From: Anaerolineae bacterium
GTDB lineage: Bacteria; Chloroflexota; Anaerolineae; Epilineales; Epilineaceae
DNA: 42,938 nucleotides
Assembly (NCBI GenBank): GCA_029262755.1
Contig: JAJCYU010000427.1
Coordinates: 1-42,938 of the forward strand
Direction of reading: 5' to 3'
Position 1 is the stretch's first letter; each line of letters opens with the position of its first letter. The notes under the pieces were generated by a model that was not told the origin of the DNA, made no database searches, and saw only the letters and a list, made by a program, of their open reading frames with translations. Of this stretch, positions 1-8,700 are shown piece after piece. Position numbers and translations under genes: made by a program.

Positions 1-141
1 CATGACATTTGACTCTGCTGTTAATCCTACGTGGGCGCAGCACGCATCCAATGACGTTGATGCTTGGTGGGCTATTGTATATAACTTCACTGACGCAGGT
101 AAGGATGCAGTAGGGTTCTTAGAGCTAGGCGGCCCAGTAGA
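1..141. repeat. Terminal overlap identical to 42798-42938 (circular assembly overlap)
   Basis: Exact 141-nt match to the window end (catgacatttgac...ggcccagtaga); it falls inside a coding region. Confidence 0.95.
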
Positions 142-202
142 TATGACAGCAGGAGCGCTTACTATTACTTGGAGCGCTACAGGCATCTTTACTATTACAT
201 AA
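2..202 (+). CDS. C-terminal part of a 145-aa small putative virion/fibre protein that starts at 42562 and wraps the join
   Basis: In frame with ATG 42562 via the overlap; beta-rich end WAIVYN...VGFLELGG...LTITWSATGIFTIT. Confidence 0.75.
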   Translation: MTFDSAVNPTWAQHASNDVDAWWAIVYNFTDAGKDAVGFLELGGPVDMTAGALTITWSATGIFTIT

Positions 203-227
203 GCAGCTATACAAGGAGTCTACACAG

Positions 228-893
228 GTGATTCAATCTAAGTCTACTATTCTACTACTGACTGTACCAAGGAACGGGACTCATTTCATTTATGAGTTTC
301 TGTTTCATGGTGTGGGTAGAATAGTAGATACATCATGTGAAGACTGGCTTGCTGGCACTAATCCTATTAGCTATGATCCTGATCATGTATTAATCTGGGG
401 GCATTTTCATCCTTCCCGTAGAGGTATTATTAATCAGGTAATTACTGAAGGCGGTGATAACGTTAAGATTGTGATTCCAATGGTTAGCCAGATGGACGCA
501 ATGATTAGCGCGCAGGTTATGGGGCATAAGGGTTACTTCCCCGGACTCGATGAGTTTTTAGCTACAGTTGATCTGCTGCCACCACATTTCAAATTCAGGT
601 TGGATGCACCGGGGCTGATTGACCAGTCGTTACGTGACATGCTGGCTTTCTGCGGTATTGAAAAACATGCACAGTTTCAGAAGTATGCGAATAGACCAGT
701 TATTAACTCTGCCGGGGGTGATAGCGCAGAGAAGAAAGTACACCTTGATGATTTAAAGGCTGACCGTGTTGCTAAACGCTTTGGTAATTTACGCACTAAA
801 CTAGGTAAAGATTACGACGAGTTGTTAGCAAGAAAGACGCTTATTGATCAGAAACTAGCAGCTTTCGGTTTTGAGGCTGAATCATGGACGTAA
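228..893 (+). CDS. Sulfotransferase-fold (P-loop) protein
   Basis: LLLTVPRNGTHFI resembles the 5'-PSB loop (PRSGT); KIVIPMVSQMDAMIS is a degenerate 3'-PB motif (RxPxDxxxS); LRDMLAFCGI resembles the late helix of the family; AAGGAG RBS upstream. Confidence 0.55.
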   Translation: MIQSKSTILLLTVPRNGTHFIYEFLFHGVGRIVDTSCEDWLAGTNPISYDPDHVLIWGHFHPSRRGIINQVITEGGDNVKIVIPMVSQMDAMISAQVMGHKGYFPGLDEFLATVDLLPPHFKFRLDAPGLIDQSLRDMLAFCGIEKHAQFQKYANRPVINSAGGDSAEKKVHLDDLKADRVAKRFGNLRTKLGKDYDELLARKTLIDQKLAAFGFEAESWT

Positions 894-1213
894 TGGTGGC
901 TGTCGCAAAAGTAGCTGTAAACGGCTCATTCATAGGCGATATCACGGCAGCGTATCCGCATGAGTCGCTTGCACTTAACCCTAATTACAAACCTCATAAG
1001 GATGTGTATTTTCTAACGCTTGCTAATGCACCGTTTGACACACTGGAAGATTTCAAGAAGCAGTACGTCGTACCTATTAAGGACGTGTCCACTAATCCTG
1101 ATCGACCTAGCATTAAGACTCGCAGATACAGGTACAGCATCATGCAGTCTTACGATCAACTGATACCTCGTGTTGTACCGTTTAGCTTGGTCACAATTAC
1201 GGACAACGCATAA
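884..1213 (+). CDS. Hypothetical protein in the tail cassette (start may be ATG 893)
   Basis: ORF coupled to both neighbours through TAATG overlaps. Confidence 0.7.
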   Translation: MDVMVAVAKVAVNGSFIGDITAAYPHESLALNPNYKPHKDVYFLTLANAPFDTLEDFKKQYVVPIKDVSTNPDRPSIKTRRYRYSIMQSYDQLIPRVVPFSLVTITDNA

Positions 1214-3339
1214 TGGCGTTACTGTCCGCTTACTATGTTAATGGCACATCTGGAAGTGATACTACAGGCACAGGTGCTATTGGTGCGCCGTTTGCTACGT
1301 TACAAAAAGCCCTCGACACTATAGGAACTGAGTCATCTAATAATCTGGTAACTGCTGCCAGTGGTGAGCTGCCCGTATATTTAGTAGCAGGTAATTGTGG
1401 TGCTGATGAAAATCTATCAGGCATCACCGATGATGCTACCAACTACATTAAAATCATTGGCGAAGTTCACGCCACCAAAGTAATGTGGGATACGGGCAAG
1501 CCATACATTCAATGTAGTGGGGCGAGTAATGAATCAGCGCTAGATAATAGCCTTAATTACACCCGCCTAGAATCAGTGCAGATAGAGGTGATTGACGGTT
1601 CTGGTGTCATAGGTATTTATAATACAGGCACCGATTGTATCCTCGACAGGGTTATGGTGCGTGGCCCTGATGATGGTACTAACGGAAATATAGTAGGTAT
1701 TTACACGGTTAATGCTTCTGGTACTAATAAAGTTAGAAACTGCGTGGTCTATGGGATTGAAGCCACCACAGGATATAACTCTAACTTCCGACATACGGGT
1801 GCTGGCTCAGTAGATTGGCAGAACTGTATTGGTGCAGGCGACCCCGCCGCAGCAGGTTATCTTTACGGCTTTCGCGGTGCAGGTAATGCAACTAACTGTT
1901 ATTCAAGTGCGGACGCAGCTTATAGCGGCGTTACTTCTATTACAACTTCTGCCGCTCATAATACAGAAGGCAGCCCAGCGGCACTAGATACAGTCACGCT
2001 GACTACTACTAACTTTACTGATCCGCTTAATGCGACTAGCACAAGCCGTGATTTCACTCGTGTGACAGCTTCCGCGATGACTGCGGCTGGTACAGACTTA
2101 ACGGCACAGTTTCCTAATGATTATCTAGGTAACCCTTACTCAAGTGGTAGCCCTGACGTGGGTGCAAATGCTGAGATTGCAGGAGGAGATACCACCGTAG
2201 TATCTACTACTGAGGAACTGGTACTAGCAGAGCAGGCAGCAGCAGTAGCGTTTGATATAAGCATAACATCTGTAGTGGGCGCACTAGCAATAGCTACACC
2301 TACAGCCTCAGTGACACTAGATACAGGTGTCACATCTGTAACAGATGCGCTTACACTATCAGAGTTAGCTGCCTCAGTATCTCTTGATATAGATATAGTA
2401 TCTGTCACAGACACACTAGATATAGTTACGTATCCTGCTAGCTTAGCCGCTGATACAGCTATAACTTCCGTAGTCTCTGCTCTGACGCTTACTACGTACC
2501 CTGCTTCTCTTACAACAGGTGTTACTGTAGAAGCTGTTACTACCTCATTAACCTTAGCTGAGTTATCAGCAGGCATAGCAGTAGACAGAGATGTAGCTTC
2601 TGTAACAGCCAGCTTAGTTGTAGCTACACCTGCTTCCAATGTAGCGCTAGATAGAGATATCACTTCTGTCGCTGATTCCTTAGTTATAGCTACACCTACT
2701 GCCACTATAACATTAGACACAACTATAACCTCAGTTACAGATTCACTTACATTAGTTGAGTTAGCTGCTAATGTATCAGCTGACAACAGCTTATCTGCTG
2801 CAACCAGTGCGCTAGCTATAGCTACACCTGCGGCAGTAGTCTCACTAGATGTAGATATAACATCAGTAACAGCAGCTCTGGTACTTACTGAGAGTGCAGC
2901 TACTGTATCATCTGGCACTGCGATAGTATCAGTGACAGCTCCGTTAGTTATAGCTGCACCTACGGCTAGTATATCTCTTGATGTAGCTGTCTTATCAGTA
3001 ACAGAAGCCTTAGCTATAGCTACATATACAGCTAGCGTAGCATCTATACTAGCTGTAGATTCTGTTACAGAAGCCTTAGATATAGCTACTTACCCTGCTG
3101 TGATATCTTATGACGTAAATGTCACTGCTGTAACTAAGCCTCTTGTTATAGGTACATATAAAAGCATAGCGTCATTCAGGTTATATAATGCGGCTCCTGT
3201 TAATACATCTAACAGCTTGCTTGATCTTAATCTGGATAACATACCGCAAGTAGAAGACCAGGGTACATATGAGGCTATGCTTCAGATTCACTCTGCGTTT
3301 GATATATTATTAAAGAAGATAGAAGAGTTAGAGCCATAG
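1213..3339 (+). CDS. Putative fibre/spike protein: N-terminal pectin-lyase-like beta-helix, 22-aa repeat stalk, short helical C-terminus
   Basis: YYVNGTSGSDTTGTGAIGAPFATLQKA beta-helix cap; N/G-rich coil repeats; DYLGNPYSSGSPDVGA closing motif; then 15 tandem repeats. Confidence 0.7.
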   Translation: MALLSAYYVNGTSGSDTTGTGAIGAPFATLQKALDTIGTESSNNLVTAASGELPVYLVAGNCGADENLSGITDDATNYIKIIGEVHATKVMWDTGKPYIQCSGASNESALDNSLNYTRLESVQIEVIDGSGVIGIYNTGTDCILDRVMVRGPDDGTNGNIVGIYTVNASGTNKVRNCVVYGIEATTGYNSNFRHTGAGSVDWQNCIGAGDPAAAGYLYGFRGAGNATNCYSSADAAYSGVTSITTSAAHNTEGSPAALDTVTLTTTNFTDPLNATSTSRDFTRVTASAMTAAGTDLTAQFPNDYLGNPYSSGSPDVGANAEIAGGDTTVVSTTEELVLAEQAAAVAFDISITSVVGALAIATPTASVTLDTGVTSVTDALTLSELAASVSLDIDIVSVTDTLDIVTYPASLAADTAITSVVSALTLTTYPASLTTGVTVEAVTTSLTLAELSAGIAVDRDVASVTASLVVATPASNVALDRDITSVADSLVIATPTATITLDTTITSVTDSLTLVELAANVSADNSLSAATSALAIATPAAVVSLDVDITSVTAALVLTESAATVSSGTAIVSVTAPLVIAAPTASISLDVAVLSVTEALAIATYTASVASILAVDSVTEALDIATYPAVISYDVNVTAVTKPLVIGTYKSIASFRLYNAAPVNTSNSLLDLNLDNIPQVEDQGTYEAMLQIHSAFDILLKKIEELEP
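2188..3177 (+). repeat. 15 degenerate tandem 66-bp (22-aa) coding repeats
   Basis: Consensus approx DxxITSVTxxLxIATxxASVxL; exact 22-aa register from DTTVVSTTEE to YKSIASF. Confidence 0.9.
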
Positions 3340-3421
3340 AGGTAGGAATTCCTTATAGCGTTTTTATAACTTACTCTGTATAGTAGACGCATAGACACAT
3401 ATAATTTATTGGAGGTACAGC

Positions 3422-3907
3422 ATGTCAGCATCAGCAGCCAACCTAGGATCAGCAGCAGCCGACTTTACTAGCGCACTAGGGGATGTCTTTGGTACCAGCG
3501 GAACCAGTTCAGGTTCAGGTACAGGATCATCCAGCTCTAAAACTCTTGCTACTGAGGCGGGTTCTTTTGTAGAGCAGTTAGAGATATCAGAAGAGGGTAT
3601 ACTTAAGATTCTTAACGATATCTTAGGTTCAGAACAAGGATTAGCTAATGTTTTCTCTGAGGAGAATGTAGCAGGTATATTTAATTCCACTGTCAGTAAG
3701 CAGGCGGCAGGCGATCTGATTACGAACCTAGCTGGCGAGTTAGCTAAACTGACAGCTAAGAAAACACAGTCGTCTATTAAGGATACTGCTTCTTCTACTG
3801 AAGGGGAGAGTGAGAGCACATCTTCTGGTACTCAAGGCACTGATGGGTTGTTAGAGCAAGACATAGTAAGCGATGTTATTAGCACTCTGTCATTCGGTTT
3901 ATTCTAG
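3422..3907 (+). CDS. Putative small internal virion/ejection protein
   Basis: S/G/T-rich, GGAGG RBS, first of three genes at the end of the structural arm; call rests on synteny. Confidence 0.55.
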   Translation: MSASAANLGSAAADFTSALGDVFGTSGTSSGSGTGSSSSKTLATEAGSFVEQLEISEEGILKILNDILGSEQGLANVFSEENVAGIFNSTVSKQAAGDLITNLAGELAKLTAKKTQSSIKDTASSTEGESESTSSGTQGTDGLLEQDIVSDVISTLSFGLF

Positions 3908-3957
3908 CATCTACTCCTTACTCCTTACTCCTGCCTTATCTATACAGGTAACTAATT

Positions 3958-5766
3958 ATGGCTGAGAACGCACAAGAACAGATGCAGGTTAACCCTATAC
4001 TTCAGGCAGCTAATGCTATACAGAAGTCTGCAAGGGAGACTGAGACATTAAAAGATCAGCAGCGGCTAAATGAGCGTGAGTCTACTGCTGCCTCTAGAGT
4101 TATAGAGGAGTCAGTACAAGATAAAGCTAGAGACCAGCAGCTTATAGCGTTAACGTCTCAGCTCGCTGATATGAAAGCACAGAATGACAGGATAGCTGCG
4201 TTTGAATCAGCAGGCGGTATAGACTTCCTTAAAGAGCTTAACGCTGAGTTAGCGTCTACTACGCGGGAGATGATTGCAGCGCAGAACGAAGTAGAGTCTA
4301 TTACTGAGAATGCTCCTAAAGGTATGCTAGGTGCGATAGCTCAGGAGTTTAAGCTTCTCGGCCCTACTGTTAAATTAGATGCCGCGCAGAATAGAGTCAG
4401 AAACTTGCAAGGAGCTATAGCAGGTATCACTAACTCTCAGGAATCTATAAGCCGCGCGGTAGCTACAGCTAAGAAGAGTGTGACTACTGGCTCTATAGAT
4501 GCAGGCCAGAGAGCTATAGCTGAGCAGGCTAACATAGATGCAGCTAACGCAAGACTGGATGCTATAAGAGAGAATGGATCTAATATAAGACTTAGCATGA
4601 GCCTGAGTGCAGCGGACGTAGCCTCTAAATTAGAGATGGCTAAGCTGAGAAACACTGAGACTAATCAGGCTGCTAGAGAGAAAGAACATACATTGCAGGT
4701 AGCTGCTATGGAGCAAAGATCAGCTCAGTTTGAAGAAGGCCGCGTAGCTAGAGAACTTGCACTAGAGCGGGCTACTGAAGAACTAGCAGACGTCCGTGAC
4801 CCTAAGAGAAAGGCGTTACTTGAAGCTCAGAGAGATGCAGCACTAGCAGATATACAGGATAAAGAGGCGCTTCGTGCTTCTATCGTAGCAGATGTACAGG
4901 TAGGGCAGACTGTGACAGGTAATCCTGTAGAGCAGCCTGCTGTAGTTATGCAGCAAGTACAGAAAGCAGATGTAGCAACTAAGCGTAAGTATAATAAGTT
5001 GCGTCAGGTAGCGCTACGAGAGGATCACGCATTCGGCTTATCTCCTGCTGATGCATTAGAGACTGTAAGTATCACTGGTGCTGATCCTAAGCTACCTCCT
5101 ATACAGTTACTATCTAAGCTTAATACTAGCTACATGAAAGATATAGCTTCTGACCCTGCCCGCTCTACTCCTAAGACTCAGGAAGCCTATAACCAAGAAT
5201 TCGATGCGCATGTTAAACCTATAATCTCTGCATGGAAGAGGGAGATAAAAGAAGGTGATGCTAGTAATCCCTTTCAGGCTCCTTCTATGGTAGAGCTTCG
5301 TGAGCGCGCAGACGTTAAAAGCACTGAGCTATTTAAGAAGTTCCCCGCATTTCAGGAGATGAAAGAGTTTGCACCTAGAAGGTTATACGATGCAGCCGTA
5401 GCTGGAATAGCCTCTAAAGAGATAACACTAGAAAGAGCTGCATTAGATCTGGAGACAATATTCAATGCAGCAGTAGATCATAACAATGAGACTAAGATGT
5501 TCTCTCGTATAGGTATAGCTCCACAGACAGCTTATAATGCTGAGATAGTTGAGTCTCCTGATCTGCTAAAATGGGCTACTCCAGTATTAGGCGTAGCTGC
5601 TGGAGTTGTATCTAAGCTAGATACTCCAGTACTTGCTGGGCTCCAGTTAGGCTTTACAAGTACCTCCGTATCAGGCGTGATTGATAACACTGACCGCACA
5701 CAGATTATGCAAGCACTTAATAAGATCATGGCTCAGAAGTCTGTAGAGCTTGGAGGGTTATTCTAA
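3958..5766 (+). CDS. Putative internal virion/ejection protein (coiled-coil)
   Basis: 602 aa, A/Q/E-rich helical, position typical of podoviral ejection genes. Confidence 0.55.
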   Translation: MAENAQEQMQVNPILQAANAIQKSARETETLKDQQRLNERESTAASRVIEESVQDKARDQQLIALTSQLADMKAQNDRIAAFESAGGIDFLKELNAELASTTREMIAAQNEVESITENAPKGMLGAIAQEFKLLGPTVKLDAAQNRVRNLQGAIAGITNSQESISRAVATAKKSVTTGSIDAGQRAIAEQANIDAANARLDAIRENGSNIRLSMSLSAADVASKLEMAKLRNTETNQAAREKEHTLQVAAMEQRSAQFEEGRVARELALERATEELADVRDPKRKALLEAQRDAALADIQDKEALRASIVADVQVGQTVTGNPVEQPAVVMQQVQKADVATKRKYNKLRQVALREDHAFGLSPADALETVSITGADPKLPPIQLLSKLNTSYMKDIASDPARSTPKTQEAYNQEFDAHVKPIISAWKREIKEGDASNPFQAPSMVELRERADVKSTELFKKFPAFQEMKEFAPRRLYDAAVAGIASKEITLERAALDLETIFNAAVDHNNETKMFSRIGIAPQTAYNAEIVESPDLLKWATPVLGVAAGVVSKLDTPVLAGLQLGFTSTSVSGVIDNTDRTQIMQALNKIMAQKSVELGGLF

Positions 5767-8700
5767 TGGCAGCTAGAACAGCTTATGAAGAAGCTATACT
5801 GCAAGAGTTTGGAGAGGAAGATACAGGAGAGCGCGGTGCTGTAGTTATCCCTTCCTATATGGTTGCTGCTGACACGCATAATATAGCTAATAGAAATCAG
5901 ACCTTCGCAGAGTCAGTAGCTGAAACTATACAGAACACACCTAAGTTCATAGGCTTATCTATTATCTCAGGGGCTAACCAGTTATATAATATACCTGCTA
6001 ATCTGGGTAATCTATTCGGTGCAGATATAGAGACCGCTGGCCCTGAGGAGTTTATAGCCTCATTAGATTCAGATCTAGCAAGGTACTATGAAGAGAATCA
6101 GGATAATGTAGACCTAGTAGGGTTCCTTGCCTCTTCTTGGATTCCAGGTATGGCAGGCATTAAGGCACTGAATGCAGGGCAGCAAGTACTTAAAGGAGCA
6201 CTACAAGCTAATAGATTTGGAGCTAATACATCTAAAGCATTAGGTCTCTTAGTTCCTGATAAGCAGATTAACCTAGCTAAAGCGCTGAGAGCTGTAGCTA
6301 ATAATGACTCTGTGCCTTCTCTTATAAATAGAAATGTACTTGCTGCTACTGGTAAGGGGCTTACTCAAGCTACCTATGAAGCCGCCGCCTTTGAGATCTT
6401 TGTAGCTACTTCTATGTCTAGCTCTCCTATTATGGAGAACCAAGATCTAGGGGATCTAGTCACTAATATAGCATGGGGCGCAGGGCTATTCGGTGTAGTC
6501 AGCGGCGGCGCTAGCTCTATTAAGAATTACTACGCTACTAAGACTGTAGCTAAACTAGCTGACAGAGAGACCTCTCCTTGGAGATTTGTATCTGAGACTC
6601 CATCTAAAGCTAATCCTTATGAAGCAGTAGCTATTAATCTGGATCAGCTAGATACCATCCCTGCTGTACCTAAAGGCGGCATAGCTGTAGGTACAGACAA
6701 TACACTGATCGATGCAGCTACATTAGAAGGGTACGCTAGAGCTAAGGTAGTTAAGATAGAGAATAGTATCCGTGAGCAGGTAGGTAAGATGGCTCAAGGA
6801 GATGAAGTAGTAGCTGAAGCTATATACTCTGCATCTAAGGGCAGCACACCTAAAGAAAGAATGGCTACATTCATGGGGCTTAAAGGCGCTATCAGAGTAG
6901 CAGACAAGACTCCTATAGAGAGAGAACTTGCAGCCGCCTCTAAAGCTGTAGCTTCTGGAACTGAAGACTCGCTATTAGCTGTAGACAGGCTGCTAGATAT
7001 AGATGTAGCATACACTCGCTTATGGGGCGCTGGCGCAGGCAAGGTATTAGACTCTGCACCTAAAACTACTAGCATCACAGACCTTCTTAAGAAAGGACAG
7101 AAGGTAGCTGTAGATAAGAAAGGTGTAGCAGCTGGAACTAAGAGCTGGAAGTTTGACCCTAAAGCATCTTGGAGTGTACTTCATTCAGATCCATTGACTA
7201 CAGATGCTAGATATATCTGGGCCGAGAACTTAGATCCGTTCCGCACGCCTAGCACTAAATCTCCTATTATCATAGATGAGTTTGATATCCCTATGATGGA
7301 GAAAGCTATAAGAGAGTTTGATCCTAGAATTAAGATCAGAGCAGAGGATGGCTCATTAGCTACTTACTCAGATAAATCAGCTATGTTTGAAAGACTTACT
7401 CAAGCTAAGCAAGAAGCAGGAGTACATTTAGCAGATGCTAGAACTCAGGCAGAAAGACTTAAGAAGGTGTCTAAGGCAAAGAAAGCCTCAGCAAAGAAAG
7501 CACAAGAAGAAGCAAATGTGCAGCTGTCTCAGGATGAGATAGAGTCTATGGTTAATGTTAAGACAGGGTATCTATCTGGTACTAGAACTCAGAGTGCTGC
7601 TGATGATGTATTAGCGAGACAGTCTTATGCTGAAGAGTACACTAAGAAGCTAGTAGCTAATGGCTCCAGAAAGGCAGAGGCAGGTAGAGTCAATCTGACA
7701 GATGTACCTCAGACAGTTAAGCTAGCCTATGATAAGAAAGACCTTACAGGCTTAGGTGAAGGGCATGTAATTGAGAATGTTGTTCGCATAAAGCAGCAGC
7801 AGAAGATCTATATGCAAGGAACTGACAGAGCGTTTAACAGTGTGATAGGAGAAGAAGCTAGAAACTTTGGGCCTATCTCAGCTCAGATGATTCAGGAGTC
7901 GTCTAATAGAATAGGGGCTGGGGCAGGAGGAGCTACAGCAGCTTCATCTAACTACGGATCTCTCGCTGCGTTCACTGAGTATCTAGGTAAGACTACTATC
8001 AGAACCATAGAGAAAGCACAAGAAGCTACCAGAGAGGCGTTAGATCCAGTGTTATATAAGCTAGGACAGAATGCAGAAGCTGCGGTAGAGTATGCTACAC
8101 TATCTAACTTACTACGATCTATCCCAGATAACTATGTACTTAATAAAGCTGGCGATGCTATGGTTCCTAGATCTGTACAGCTATGGGAAGAGGCCGCTGA
8201 GTTAGCTACAGCTACAGGTAAGGCTATACCTGACCGCCCTCAGCTTGTTGCTTCCGATGCTCCTGCGGCGATAGCTATAAAGCATAAAGAGACTAGAGAG
8301 CTTATTAAGCTAGAGCAAGAGATTAATGGCGCAGCTATAGATAAGTACCGGCAGCTACGCACAGCTCAAGGAGTCTCATATACTAGAGATGGCGGCGCAT
8401 ACTATCCTATACCTGTGAACCCTAAAGACTATAAGCACTTTGCATTAGTATCTGACAGCTCAATCACAGGTACAGGGCACACTAAAACTCTGTATGCTAC
8501 ATCGGCAGAAGAACTTGCTGAGATGGCGAAGAAGCTAGATAACAATCCACAGCTCACTGTTAGGTTTAAAGCTGAGGCAGAAGAGTTCTATAAAGCAAGA
8601 GGTCAGTTTGAATATGAGAAAACTTTATCTGATAATTATCTTGATGCAGCTATGTATAGAAAGGGTATCAGCTCTTCTTACTTGGTTCCGACGGATCCTA

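Noticed and set aside
2136..2918. 260-aa antisense ORF and other opposite-strand ORFs (for example 3406-3819, 18577-19089, 23927-24382, 35669-36136)
   Set aside because: Shadows of real genes on the other strand, with no RBS or motifs
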